64,000 bases of DNA from Marsupella aquatica (taxonomy: Eukaryota; Plantae; Marchantiophyta): assembly GCA_973895155.1 (NCBI GenBank), contig OZ316894.1, positions 3,310,944 to 3,374,943 on the forward strand, written 5' to 3'. The notes beneath the pieces are model-generated. The model was not told the DNA's origin. It did no database searches and saw only the letters and a list, made by a program, of their open reading frames with translations. Below are positions 13,383 to 27,786 of the stretch, in pieces (positions within the stretch are counted from its first letter, which is position 1; each line of letters begins with the position of its first letter). A program made the position numbers and the translations under genes.

Positions 13383-16300
13383 GATGGAACAGAGTGACAC
13401 AGAGATGTGTGAGTATGAAAGGAAAGCTATGGAACAACGAGCATACGTGAAAGCCAAAATCGCAGAACTGGATCTGGAAAAGGATGTGGCTGAATTGTAA
13501 GGGAACGATTCTCAACTACACCCCTCCGCTGAGTTTGTGTGACATGAATAGTTCAATGTGGCACTAAAATTGTGACTGTATTCTCATATTGGAATGTCGC
13601 AGAGCCACAGCATTTTCAAAGAAACAAAAGGAGTACGCAAGAAGGGTGACCAACACTATCTCTGGGCCTGTGCGTCGGAGTGACAGGTTGAGCAAGAAGG
13701 TCGTACCTACAATGGCAGAATGTGGAGATGACATTGATGCTGCACAGGTGGGTGCAGACACTAGACAAGAAGATGCAGATGATGAGTATTTTCCAGAGGA
13801 AATGGATGAGGATGGGGGTTATGAAGATGAATACATTGCAGAGCAGCCCCAAAAGAAACATGTAAGTAGTTTTCCCAACAAGGTTTTGAGTTAAAAACTC
13901 TTGTTTAGAGGTTTCATATGTTCAGTACTACACATATGTACCTTGCTTAGTTCCTGACATTGTAGTTGGTGATGTGATGCAGCGTCCTGCCAGTTCTGTT
14001 TTGCCTTCGAAGCCTGTGCATGCACCATACCAGCAGGGGGGCTGACCTCTGATCAAGGTTGGCGAGGTGGTAGTAGTGGTAGATCCCAGGCTGGTGCCCA
14101 ATACTATGGCAGGGGGCAAGCTCTAGGTTATGCCCGTGGTAGAGGCAGAGCAGGTCCAAACCCACAATCTCGTGGGTATGGACGTCCACCTCAACCATGG
14201 GGATGTGAGTATATATCTATATGCCAGTTCTTTGTGAAGGCATGGCACTCCTGAATTTCAGACTGCATATCAATTTTTGACATTGTTTGGGATGTATTGG
14301 ATTCAGACAACATGAAATTCTGTCCACCTGCCATTGCATGCAGATTCTGCCCAACCTGATTGGGCAAATGCTAGTAATGATCAGTTCCAATGTCCACAAG
14401 GACAGACATGGGTTGAACCAGGTTGGGAGGATGGTGGTGGGTCGTGGAATGAACAAGGTTGGGAAGGTGGTGAAGGTAATTGGCAGGGATATCAAAATTC
14501 AGTACCTACAAACTCTGGAAGAGGAGCAGGTAATGTCTGATCTTGTCAGCAATGGAAGAACTCATTATATGTGGAGTCCATTCACGTGGGGGGGACTCTG
14601 CACATGTATAATGATAGAAAATGTATGTGTGCAGGTTGGACAGTCGAACCATCGACTCAAGTATTCACTAATGCCCCTATGCAGATGCAGCACGGAAGGG
14701 GGACAGGTATGTCGGTGAATGTTCAGTTGTTTTCCTACAGTTTGTACTTAGTTTTCAGTACATATGTTTGCACACACATACCTAGAAAGTGACATCATCC
14801 GGCCCCTGTACTAGGCTGGACAGGTGGTCCAGGGTCGCAACAATTTCAGAGTGCAGTCCCTGCACAGGCATCTACAGGCAGAGCTACAGGTATGTATGTT
14901 TGAAGAATTTTTCTTGAAGTGAAGCATTGAATGTTGCCGTCATCCATTCTGCTATATGTAGTTCTCAAGCATGAATGGCATTGTATTTTCCCAGGTGGCT
15001 TCAGAACCCCAGGTAGGGTGAATGAAGGGGTGGCCAATACAACGCCCAGTACTACCGAGAGCAGTGCACGAGGGGAGGTGACAAAGAAAGGGAACGTAAA
15101 GTTGAATGAGAGACAATGGGTGGATGCTGAGTGTCCTCGCAAGAACCGATGGCATGCTGATTTGAAAGCTGAAGTATTGCGTTGGTTAGATGTGAGTGTT
15201 ATTAATTTTAAAAAACAGCATCCAAAAGATTGGAAGACTGTATGTGAAAATGTTGCTGCCAAATGGAATTATGTGGGCAGTGATGATGGCGTGGACATAG
15301 GTTGCCTAGAGAGTACAACAGGTAAAATTATCAAGCAAGAGAGGTGGAGAATGCATAAGGCTTGGAAGGAAGGTGGGGAGAAGCCAGATATGCCTCCACC
15401 AGCCAGTTGTGATGATAAAGTGTGGGCAAGGTTAGTAGCTTATTTTGTAACAGATGCTTCAAAAAAGAAGAGTTCACAGATGACCGAGGCCAGGTTGAGT
15501 GTTTAGAACCCTAATCTGACAGGAAGGACCGGCACTACACCGACAGCTAAACGTTTCATAAGAATGAATGGCCTAGCTATGTAATTTATGCTACACTATG
15601 TACTATTTTTTAGTGTAAACCCATACATGTAAACTTTGTTTTTTAGTGTACGTTCCCTGAATATTGATCGATAACTTGTGTTTGCCATGCATGTGCAGAA
15701 AGCCCAATTGGGGCAAAGCCCTTCAAAAGAAGAGTTGAGGGCTGAAATTGTGAACACCCGGGCTCAAGAGGGTGCATCTGAATCCTCCAAGCATGTAAGT
15801 TATATGAGTTCTGATTGGTAATTGAATGACCTGCGTTGAATTTCAGGTGTACACTGTATATAACATTGATTGTGCATATATTGCCCAACATTTCATATGG
15901 AGTGATTGAACCTATACCCCTGTGTCATGTAGGGAGGTGGATCTTCACTTACAGAGATAAGTGGTCGTTTGAAGGCTGTCGAAACATGTCTTCCAGAGAT
16001 CAATGAACGTTTGAATTCATTAACTGACTTGTTCCATGTGAACTTCAAGACATTAATGGAAGCTGTTGTGTCGGTGAGAGATAAAATTGATTCCAATTCT
16101 GCAGGAGTTCCACCATCACCACTTGAGGTGGCAAAGTCGATGCACTCTTCTGGCATGCCAACGACATGTAGGCTTGAAGGTAAGGCCTTTACAACTATGT
16201 GGGATATGATTATTAAATGTATAGTTTGAATTGACATTGTTTGTTGAATGTGTTATTTTCAGTAACATATATTGTGGTTGTTGTGTCCATAGAGAATAAG

Positions 16301-17090
16301 ATAGGTGCTACAGAGAAGAAGTATGAGAACCTGGCAAATACTCGCTGTAATTTAGAGGCAACAAAGTTGCAGTCTGTACAAGCAACTTGTTTGACAGAGG
16401 GCAGTCAACCATGTTTGGATGAGGATGACATTGGCAAGGGAGTGGATGATATCAATGTTGGGGCAAATGAGGATATCAGCAAGCATGACAATGATACCAT
16501 TGAGCCAGATTCATGCTATGTAGATCTTGACTCCATTGCAGAGATAAATGATTTGCAGAATGTATCATTCTCAATGACAGGTGTGCCTCTTGTTGAGATA
16601 AATCCAACCAAAGAGTTAGTTGGTATGACACTCCCAGGTGATGAACCTGCTACTGTGACAGTCCTAACAGAGGAACCTACTGAGCCTAGCTTCACTACTA
16701 TGAAGAGAGGAAGCATGCGCACACGAAGCAAGTCTGCTGGTGGGAGCAGAGCCACGTCAAAGGTTTCATACAAACCTCCAAGAACAGTGCTGGCAGAAAG
16801 ATCTAAGGTGAAAGTGGGGAAAGCACCTAATGCTGAGGGACAAAGTGGCTTGTTAGCTGTTGATGAGAGTGGAAACACGAGTAGGATTTGCCAGAGTGCA
16901 GGTTGGTTCCACAACGTTCCATGGCAAGAGGATTCCCCCAGGTTATTCAGTAGTGTTAGTCACATTACTAGTGAAACCTAAAGCTGTCCTTCCCATTCCA
17001 AACACAAATGATGATCCTCCTCAAAAGACACTTGGAGATGCTGCAGGTTCTTTGGTATTATGGCCAAGCAAGTTCATAGAGGATCCATAA
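13383..17090 (+). pseudogene. CACTA TnpA-like multi-exon gene with an RGG/GW-rich N-terminal part
   Basis: Exon 14995-15506 (...WARLVAYF...KKKSSQMTEAR...TGRTG) and the C-terminal exon (...FHGKRIPPGYSVVLV...LPIP...TLGDAAGSLVLWP) resemble the Ptta/En/Spm and Tnp1-like domains. Several GT-AG short exons; in-frame stops. Confidence 0.7.
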
Positions 17091-19448
17091 CAATGTCATG
17101 CCATTATTTGTTTGTAGTGTGAGTCATGTTATGTAGATTTTAGATGTCAAGAAGCAGTACAAGAATCATGTCCTCTTGGAGATTCATAGTATCATGCATG
17201 TGCTTTCAGTTATCTCATCCTACAGTCATCAATTATGAGTTCCTATTTTGTCTAAATTACATTGATCACATTGTAAACTATTCCATTGGAATTCAAATGA
17301 TCTTCATTTTTTAGCAAGATTGTGATTGTGTTTAATTCTTATGAATGTTTTATGTAGGATCTGCTTATATGATGCTTTGTTTCATGTGGATGTCATTCAT
17401 GCTATGTTCATTTCTTGTATTCAATGTGTTATATTTCTAAAGTTAGAACATCAGGTTTCTATGTATTGTAATGTCGAGTGCTCTCTCTCCTTATGAACTG
17501 TCCCTCTGTGTTCATTAGTCATGGTTATAACTTGCATGTGAACCTTATTAGTTATAAACATGAGTATATAGAGTCCCAAATGGTTCTGTTGTGTGACGCG
17601 GGCCAGGGTCTCCATTGGTCTCTCCTGTGACACTAAATAGTCACACGCTAGTCGTTGTTGAATGCGGGTAAGTCATGTATGTGACTTACGATGTGACTCG
17701 CTGAAGTCATATTGCAGTCACGTCGAAACAAGGCTAGACTCCACAATAAAGTCACAAATCAGTCACAAATGGGTATCAAGCAAGTTGCAAAGCCCAGTAT
17801 CAATAGTGACTTCCATTTTTTGGTCTCAACTTTTGCAACTCCAAGGGTCACAGCGTGGGTCAAGTCACGTTGAGTCACAATGAAGTCACATGAGCCAAAA
17901 TGAGTCATATATTGCGGTCTCAGTTCACCTCGGATTCTTCTAGTGCGGGCCGCAAACTGAACTATGGCGTTGAATGTTTGCGCCGCTTATACATCAACAT
18001 TAGGATTATTCTCATGCGAAGACATTGACATGAATGTCTTCGCTTTATAAACATCATTCCGCATTTTTTTGATATCCTCCCATTCTGTTTTTCTTGTCCA
18101 CGCTCGAACAGTGACGACTTCTCAGCGGCTTTTCACGAGGGGCATGGTTCACATGTACAAGTGAAGTGAGGTTTAAGGAATGACAGGATATCAAAAACCC
18201 TAAATACCCCTTCATATGGAGAGTTTCTATAATTTAATTGGTAATGTCCAATCATGATTCAGTCATGGTTGATATGAATGCACTCAACAAAAACCAGGGC
18301 TATATATAAAGTAGTAAGACAATCACATGAAAGGGAAACAACCCAAGAGTAAATAATAACCAGGTCTTACATTACAAAACCAGCCAATGAAATGTTAATA
18401 GGGGACCAGTATCTATCACTAATTTCAAATTGAATTTAGGTGAGAAGATAATGCTAAGTGTGGTGGGAAGATAATGTGCACAATGTCTTCCCAAACAGTG
18501 CATTCATACCAACCATGACTGAATCATGATTGGACATTACCAATTAAATTATAGATTGAAACTCTCCATATGAAGGGGTATTTAGGGTTTAGGGCATTTT
18601 TTTGATATCCTCCCATGATTCCTTAAACCTCACTTTGATCAGTTGTACATGTGAACCATGTGCCTTGTGAAAAGCCGCTGAGAAGTCGTCACCGTTTGAG
18701 CGTGGACAAGAAAAACAGAATGGGAGGATATCAAAAAAATGCGGAATGATGTTTATAAAGTGAAGACATTCATGTCAATGTCTTTGCATGAGAATAACCC
18801 TAATGTCCATCATGTATAAGCGGCACAAACATTCAACGCCTACGGTTCAGTTTCTCGGGGGTCTCACTATAAGGAGGACCCCCCCATCACCTGCGACGTT
18901 TTCATGCCTAGACCCCCATACTTATTAAGTTGAAATTTTTTTTCCTCCCCCTTTCTTTCTTCTAAGAGTCTAAAATCCAATTTGTATTGCCCCTATAATT
19001 TGTGAAGTAAAGTGTCACATATCAATAAAAAATGCCTTGAAAGAAAAGATAAGTCTATGCCAGTAGTATGTTAGACATGGCACGCCCTGCAAAAGTCTTG
19101 CACCTTTTTCGACCTCAAACTTTGATCATTTCAATGCATCATTTATATTGTGTACCTAAAGGTCATCCCAATATAAACCTTGCGTACATAAGTGGGATGG
19201 CCTTTAAGGTCACAACATGAATAATCCATTCCATCAACAATCAATTTGAAACCAATCACATACTCCATCCATACTCCATTGAAAACTTCTGCTGAGAGAT
19301 GTAACATGTGACGGAGGGGAATTGAACCCCTAATTGAGAAAGGATCTCAAGTTGCCAATCTGTCACCCCCTATCCTATCCCACTACACCCACTAATATTA
19401 ACAAAACAAAACATATATACTCTCAAAAACTAAACAATAGCATGACAT

Positions 19449-22400
19449 TCATACCATTGTTTGAAGATACTGATCCAATGCACGTCTATGTATTGGATCC
19501 AACACATAGATACGATCCATAACCCCTTCTTTCATGGTTAAGCTAACACTAGCAATGACCATTTCAATATCCATCCATTTCAAATCAGTGGTATCATATC
19601 TGAATTCACTTTTGCTCTTACCAATAGGACTATACCAATTTAACAACAGTTCACAAATGGTACCTGATTGCCCTGCGAGTGGAGTTGGCCTATCCATCAA
19701 ATCAATTGGTAACCAACAATTGCCCCACCTACTACGTACCATACTTCTGTCTCATTTGGACAATCCGACCCAACCAAAAATATTTCTTACCTGCTGAGAT
19801 TGCCTCCACCGCAGCCTTATTCTTTCCTCCCTTTTTTTCTAGATCTAGTACTTGGAGCAGGATTATCATCAGACTCAAATACAATTGCACAATAAGTGCC
19901 AACATCAACAAAACATGAGTTAGGACTGGCTTCTTGCACTTTTCTCTTGCCAGTACTATAGTATAGCACTTGTTTCACCCTTGTCAGCCTATCTTTTGAC
20001 AAATGTGGATTGCCTACCAGCTGGCTTACCAGAGTGGATTTGTAAATCACCTTGCCTTCATAAGTAACAGTAGGCACTACCTTGGTTCGATTAATATGCA
20101 CATTAGTTACAGCATGGACAACTGATCCAAACACATGCCGAACTTCATGGCCTAATGTCTCAAGCTCATCTGAGGGGTCTACATCAAACTGTATATCATC
20201 TCTATGTACATCATCTGAATGCATCTCAGGAACAACAATGGGATCTGGTTCTGTTAACCATGCATCTATTCTATTCTATTCAGATCATCCTCAGGATCTT
20301 CCAATTCATGAAAATCTCCAGTTGGGCGAGGACCTATGTCCGGTGGTTGGTGCTCTACTTGCTCCTCAGAATCATTGCAAACAACTGCTTCCTTCAAAAC
20401 CACCTCTAGTGGCCAGGTCTCACTTTCCACAACCCAAGGACATGTCCACCATCTCTTTCTTGCTGCTGGTAAGGAACTTTGTGGAGACATCTGCAATTGA
20501 TGCATAAGATCCTTAGCAGCAACAAAACCTTCTTTAAGGGCTGCAACCACTAATTCATTAGTCTCAATGAGAGAATAGTCAAGTAGATTTGGTGCTTCCT
20601 CCCCTTCCCCTATAGGATGAATCTTCCCCCATACATGATCTTGCTTCTTATGTGAACGACATATCTCCAAGCCTTCTGGTCCATATTCCAGGCAGCAAGC
20701 CGGTTCAATCCAACAACACTATCCAACAGAGAGCCAAAATCATAATTTCATTCATGGCCACTCATGCCTCCTACCTTGCTGAAAAAAATCTCACAACAAT
20801 CCAAACCTAGCAAGTGGAAGGGAACACCTAGATGTGGGAACTTATCTCGAAAGGCACAAATTAACAACACAATGAAATGACATGACATGTTAACATCATG
20901 AAAGGCCTGAATAGACATCATGTCTTTCTCAATGTGTGCTGCAAAGTTCCCCCCCCACTGAATGGTCACCAAACCTCAACCACAATCTCCACAAACGTAG
21001 AAAGAATGAAACCTTGGATGCTAACACAATACGGGACCTCAAGTCATGAACTGGAGAAAAGAAAATATCTAAGTAATTTGCACAAATCTCCAAGTACAAC
21101 TGAGTTCCTAAACTTCGTTCATCTCGTACATCTCTCCTCTCATACATATCTTTCATACATTGCTGCACTCTTCTTGCTGCTATTTGTTGTGGACCTGCCC
21201 AATTCTGCCGGTCAGTCCTATTCACATCATCCCAAGCCATGCCATGTTCATGAATTGGATAATGATTGTAGACATTAGCTACATAAGATAAAGATGCATG
21301 TTGATCTCCTAGCACCAGTAAAGAAGACACTCTGTATAAGGGGTTTATCATCTTTTTCCCATTGTGAGGTTGGTCTTGGTCACCAAAGCCATACAAATCC
21401 CCATTTGGTAGAATTGAAACAGAGTATGCCCACCCTTCCCACCCAACTCCGTACCTTGGGTATGATCCATTATGCCCTATGTAATCTTCCAGCATCAACT
21501 TTTGGCGACGTGCATTACCATCACTAGCATGTCCAAGCAAAGGGCCTACCATAGCTCTACAATATTCATCCCAAAAAGCCTTTAACTGGACCCAATGCTC
21601 TCGTACCCAAGAAGCTGTGAACTTATTACAAGTTGGAAGTGCACACACAGCCAATTTAGGTAAGGACTCATGCAGAGGATTCACAATCACAACTCGGGCA
21701 TACATGCACTTGGGGCATTGTTCAAATATACTTACAATTTTATCATACCCCTCATCACCTTCACCAACTAGAATTTCCAAACCATAGGAGCATACATGCT
21801 GCTCTGAAGGTCCACAAAAACCAATGAGAGTATCATACTTTGCCTCCCACCTGAAACACAGACATGCAATTTTTCAATATCACAGCAATTGCAGCCAAGT
21901 GCTACTTGTAAAGTCATTTAAAAAACAATTGGAAAAATGTCCAGTTCCAATTACCTAGGGCGTTCTTTGATCCTTGTTTCATCCTCAGCAAAGATAACAA
22001 GCACATCCCCCTCAATGCCTAATGAGTGCTTTGCAGCAGACAACACTCTAGCAATCTCCTGAAAGGTTTCCTTCTGTAACCCGGTTTGAAAAGGTGTGAG
22101 TTTCGCTCTATCACGTTTTAGGGTCACAAGGCTAGGGGCTGTCAAGTTTCGTGCAAACAATGAGCAACTTGACGGCCCCCAAATTGGAACATAGCCTGAG
22201 CAATAGCTTGAGTCCTATTACTATAACGATTACCTTTTGGCTTCCTGCCTAAATTGCGAGCTACATCCTTCAAGAAATCCCACAAACCCTCCTTACCACC
22301 AAATGCACCATTCCTGTGTCCATTCAAAGTACTCCTAAGAAACAATCTCAAATCCTTCCAGTCTGCTGCAACTCCTAACAACTCCTCTAGTTTCTTTTCC

Positions 22401-25400
22401 TGGTGCTCAAGGCACATACTTTTTGAGCCTGCAAAGCTAACAACCAATGCTCTTTTCGTCGCACAGAGTTCAGCTTGTGCACTTGATCTCTTAACTCTGG
22501 GTTGGTCAAATAATCCAATCGTATACCACCAGTAGTGGTTCAGCTCCCTCTGTGGACTACTGCTTCCGCTTCCCTGTGCACCCGTCCACGAAAATCATCT
22601 TCTAGTGTTATAGAATCACATTCACTACAAGTTAGATTTTCAAATCCTCCTCCATTCTGTGATAACCTCAACCAATCCTTGTGTCTAAAACAGCCTGCTA
22701 TACTCACAACATAGTCTCTACTTGGATGGAAAACATCCAAGCAACAACATGGCTCACAATGCCAAGTAATTCTCCCAGACTGATCATCCAAAATGCCAGA
22801 AATATCATAAGATACACTAGTACATTTTACCTCCTTTTTCCGATTCTCTCCACATCGAACGTCTTTGTAAAACAAAATATGAAAAAACTATACATCTGAT
22901 TCTACCGGCATCGTAACATGCCATGATAAAAGTATCGGATATCGACAATCGGACTTATATCGGAAAGTCCGATGCTGACAGAATGGGAAAGTCTGATGCT
23001 AAGAGAATGGGAAAGTCCGATGCTAAGAGAATGGGAAAGTCCGATGCTAAGAGACTGGGAAAGTCCGATGTTGGGAGAATGGGAAAGTCCGATGCTGGGA
23101 GAATGGGAAAGAGCAAAACAATGAAAATGGGATACACATTGGAGCGGACGCGGGGTGCTCAGGTCACCCATCTCTTCCTTCATATATTTACTTTCATTTT
23201 GCAACCACGAGCGAGGTGCCCATCTCCTTTGACATTTCAACTCTTCATTCCTCAACTAAGTGGTCACCCATCCCAATTGCTATTCCTCCAACATGAGCTT
23301 AACTTTGTGGTTCTTATCCCTCACAATGTACATGCAAGCTTAACACTTTTATTGTTTGACTTGGAGTGTTTAGGGATTTTATACACTTCTAAATTTATTA
23401 AGACCCATAATTTGGACCTAAGCTGGGCAGAGTCGGGAGAGGCCGACAGGCAACATGCAACGATGCAGCCCCAGCCAAGCTAGAGGCAGCCAGGGTCAAC
23501 GACAACACAGCCCGGGCCGGGGAAATGAGGATGCAACGATAGTGGCAAGGGTGGAGCAAAGACGCAGCCAGCAGTGCGCCTCGACTATGGTGACAGAGAA
23601 ATGGAGGGGAGGAGAAATGGATTAGCCGACCCACCCCTCCGCAAACTATATTGAGGGTTCAAAATGTAACCGTGAGAGAAGCAACGACCGTCCAATGGGA
23701 AGACCCAAAGAAATCTCAAACGTCGGATCTTAGGTAGTTAACCTGAGTTACTTTTCTTAATCGATGACTCAAACGAGTGGCAGACTGATAAATACAAGAA
23801 AAAGAGTGGCAATGTAGTGATTATGCCACAAAAGTGTGGCATTAGACTAATAATCCCAGTTTTGCTCTTTCATGATATTGCATACATGTTTGCATCGAGT
23901 GATCTATAATTACGATTACCCTCTTACATTCCCTTGGAGCAATCAATAGAAATTTGGGGTCATTTGTGAATAGTAAAGCCCTCCTCCATCCGACTTGACA
24001 TGAGATCATTATAGTTTATTAGTTATGGAAGATTAATATTTTGGTCCTTCCAAAGCCTTGGCGTCAAGGGCAGCTCCCGATTGTCTCATCTTTCATCAAC
24101 CTTGTTGTTGTTGGACTTGCAACAAAGACTACATGCATGGGACAAGCAATCTCCTTTTAGATGATAAATTTTTGATTTTGCATGTTGAGCAAATATTGCC
24201 AAAAGGGAACAATATTTTGGGATCTTGGAAGGAGGCAAGAACAACATTCAATTAAGTCCATTTGCCTCAAGTATGAAGTCATTCAAACATGCAAGAATGA
24301 TTGTATCCTCTTTTCTAGGAAGAGTATGTCGGTGCAACTACATGCCCCATCTAACACAATAGGAATTTGTCATTTTGCCAATTGAAAATGAAAAATTTCT
24401 CATTCTCCCATCATCGGACTTTCCCATTCTACTAGCATCGGACTTTCCCATTCTCCCAGCATCAGACTTTCCCATTTTCTCAGCATCGGACTTTCCCATT
24501 CTCTCAACATCGGACTTTGTCATTTTACCACAATCGGATATAATATCCGTTCTTATCACTACGGCAATTTTCCGATCAATATTGAAACGCACATCATTTC
24601 CGTTACAAAAAACATTGGACATATCAATCAAATTTTTGTTAGGGGATCTGATGTATTTTGTAACGGATATGATCCATTTTTTACCGCATTGGAAAGGTTC
24701 CGTTGTTAATTACATCGGAAATGAAGATATCCAAAACCGAGAGTATGGCATATTGCCATTTTGTGATAATGGGAATTTCTGATTCTAAAAGAATCGGACG
24801 CCGATTGTTTGCAAAAATTGAGCATCAGAAATCAGCTAAATATGTACTAGTGATATACCCTTCCATAACACTCGAGGCACACCTCTCTCTACCCATAATC
24901 CCCAGCAAAGCAAACTCAGACCAAGATCAACAGATCCACACACACCTGTACCTGAACCTGAACTACTGCCTGTTCGGGACCCATCATCTTTAAAGAACTT
25001 CAAAATCCCGCTTTGACCAAGATGTAGGTCCCTATAATCAGTCCTCTTTGGCCTGCCCCTCTTCCCAGACCTCAAGGCAAGCATTTTTGTGTCATGCCTA
25101 GTCTCCAATGCATCCAAGTGATCTCGACTCACTAAGTGTGTCCTCAAATTGGGCTCCAAGGTAAGCTTCTTGGGGCACAAGTCAGTATGAAGCATTCCAC
25201 ATACACTACAGCGAACCTTAAACAGGAAAGACCTGTTTGCATACTCAGGAGTACTGGGATCAGGAACAATAGAGAATAGTTAGCCATCATCCCCAAGCTC
25301 CGCATTCAATCGTTGAACTATCTCAACGCCTACTTTGATGGCGTCTGCATGATCATATTCTGGCTTCTCAGAGATGTCTGCTACCTGAACCAAAGTAGAA

Positions 25401-26074
25401 GGAATGCCCCTTCTCCGACAATAGTTATCCTTGTGCTTATTGAAGACCAAGTGTTTGGTCTTAAAATTACTAAAGCAATTGGAGATGGATTTAGGGTTCT
25501 GAGAGTTGTCTGCATTGCCATAAGTTTCCCTACATTCAAGACACTCCAGATGCCCTCGAACATCTGTCCCCTCATCCCAGGTACAAATTCTCCAATTGTG
25601 ATCACCATAACCCTTCTTATGTACCCATTTCTCTAACCTCATCCACTCATCTTTCCATAGCTTTGATGGGACATCTCCCATCAATTGTGACTCAAAAGAA
25701 GCCCTTACAGGGGAGGGTGCTGGTGCTGTTGGCCCCAGTTGTGGTGTCCCAGTATTCATACCCAATGATGCAGGAGTGCAAGGATGACAGGGTACTGGTG
25801 GGATCCTCCCACCATCTCCAAGTTCTTGTTGTACAACAATAACTCTTCCATCCAGCTCAGACAAATCAATTAATTTCTCATGTACAGGTTTCACTCGACC
25901 AGGAAGTCTCTCATCCCAAAAATCAACGTCAAAGTCTAGAGTAGAGCCAATCCGAGCCCTAAAATCATGTACGGTGTGTCCTTCTTTGAATGACAAAACA
26001 CAAATTGGTAAATCAGCCTTGTCATCCCCAACTTTGCGTATTAATTTAATAGAGTTGGGTTTAGGTGCTGCCAT
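19449..26074 (-). pseudogene. P-element-like DDE transposase with two N-terminal C2H2-like Zn fingers and an AT-hook; disrupted
   Basis: Motifs FAEDET-RIK..PRW...D..IGFCG, HASDG, QDQPHNGKK..N, DRQNW, GTQLYL, FFLRLWRLW, LDCCEIFFS; N-terminal CLEC..H..H, CSVC..H..H and KRGRPKR. Intron ~21852-21954. The frame is restored (WKGISYDI) when the nested CACTA is removed; frameshifts and stops remain. Confidence 0.7.
22815..24852. mobile_element. Non-autonomous CACTA (2.04 kb) inserted in the P-like transposase gene
   Basis: CACTAGTACA...TGTACTAGTG termini; TSD ATA (22812-22814, 24853-24855); 21-bp subterminal repeats (agaatgggaaagtccgatgct) inverted between the two ends; vestigial TnpD peptide LKYEVIQTCKNDCILF at ~24260-24315. 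Confidence 0.93.
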
Positions 26075-27004
26075 TGCAATACAAATCTAGAACATGCATT
26101 GCACCATTGCTTTTGGAGTCGATAACAAAAAGACCTGCACAAATACATTTGAAATACACACAATGCAAACACATTAGGATCTTCAAGAGATGCAATGACA
26201 ACATACACATTCTCATGTAATACACATATTGTCAACATACATTTAACAATAGAAGTGCTAATAGGGCAAAACACTTTATAATGCAATTCATACAAGCAAA
26301 TGTATTCAGTGAAAATCATGATATACCGTTAAAGTTGGATAAAATATCTTTGGACAAAATATCCTTTTCGCCTGGTTTTCTAACAATTCCCGAGGTTTAG
26401 TGCTTCTGCTCATCAAAATGCAGCACTATTAGTGACAGTAATTATGACAAAATGTCAACACTAATAAAATTGGGTACTATCACCCATGATGTAGCTTAAG
26501 TATTTGCCTTGCTCATACCCCACTAAGACGTTAAACCTACGTAATAGGTTTGTTCATTATTCAGATCACTGGAGCCATGAAATGTGGTCCCTGATTGGAG
26601 TCTTCAGGTGTGGATCAATAGGATGACGGGGGCAATAAAACATCTGTCGCTGTTGTCCATGTGCTTCATGTTCCCAGATGTCCCTATCATGAGCAAACCC
26701 TTTGCTTTTGATCATCTGGAGACAATCTGTATGCCAGGCATTTGGACATCGTAGACATTGTACCATGTTCTTGACCATCTGACCCTCAAGACTCTGATAA
26801 CATGTCACACATGTATGCAGTGGGCAGGACTTTGCATCAGCTACCAAACACCCAAAGCAATAAAATCGTACACAAAAACGATCAGAGCATTTTCGCACAA
26901 TTGTAGGTGATGGTCCCACAGTGCGGCACCCATAACACATGGCCTGGTCCTGGTTACAATTTGGGCAAAACCATGGCTTCCCTCCATGATGGAGGGGAAG
27001 GACT

Positions 27005-27612
27005 TGTCGTGCGCATACATATCGCTACACAACATACATCGCTTGTCACATACATCCAGACATAGTCACACTGCCACATCACAAACACAAAAGAATGGAA
27101 TACAAGTGGAACTCATGTCCACACATGTCCAAAACCCACAATAATCTCAATACAATCGGCACAACGATCCCGGTCAACAATACCCCATCGATCCCTCACC
27201 GATCCGATTACACACGTATGTCAAGCCAACGCACCTTGCACTACTCAAGGAATCCACGTTACACAAGCGGAGCTCACAGCTACCATAGCCACACTCAAGC
27301 TCCTCTCTCTCCAAGGCTCAACATTGAAAGATGACCTTTCAATGCCTCACAAGTGAGAAGTACCCTCTCACACAAACCTGACGGAACCTTATCGGCTCCA
27401 ATAGCACTCATACCAAACATACATACTCTAATAGCACGATATACTACTACACTACTCAGAATGGCGTGACAGCTGTCGTGCGCATACATATCGCTACACA
27501 ACATACATCGCTTGTCACATACATCCACACATCTAGTCACACTACCACATCACAAACACAAGAGAATGGAATACAAGTGGAACTCATGTCCACACATGTC
27601 CAAAACCCACAA
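27005..27612. repeat. Terminal repeat block A1 (27005-27141), B1 (27142-27471), gc, A2 (27474-27612)
   Basis: A1 is near-identical to A2; B1 is near-identical to B2 (36159-36488); palindrome GACAGCTGTC at 27468-27477. Confidence 0.92.
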
Positions 27613-27613
27613 T

Positions 27614-27622
27614 CGCCCCCCT
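27614..27622 (-). promoter_or_regulatory. Putative short polypurine tract (AGGGGGGCG on the minus strand)
   Basis: G-run immediately 5' of repeat A2 on the coding strand. Confidence 0.5.
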
Positions 27623-27786
27623 AGCTGGGAGTAAGGTCCCCTAACTCTAGCTAGCCATGAGTTCTACAAGGTTGATATACACCTTTTTAGGTGTGAAGAT
27701 CAGGAGGCCGGGTGCAAGTGAGCCCCATCGATCACCTACCTGCAATCCATATCTGCCAAGAGAACACAAATGATAACTAGTCGGCT

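Larger units (their letters stand above)
547..17945 (+). mobile_element. CACTA (En/Spm) DNA transposon, 17.4 kb, with cargo genes
   Basis: Termini CACTAGAAGAA...TTCTTCTAGTG; 3-bp TSD CGG (544-546, 17946-17948); subterminal GTCAC/GTGAC repeats; TnpD- and TnpA-like ORFs. The opposite foldback arm (40379-40400) shows the empty site. Confidence 0.95.

Noticed and set aside
22902-24782. ORFs with MGKSDA / SDFPIL heptad repeats
   Set aside because: These are translations of the 21-bp CACTA subterminal repeats, not genes.
27005-27471. A1+B1 as a conventional LTR or a separate solo-LTR insertion
   Set aside because: The far end has only B with no A. The TSD GACT flanks the whole 9.5 kb rather than this unit, whose flanks are GACT and GCTG.
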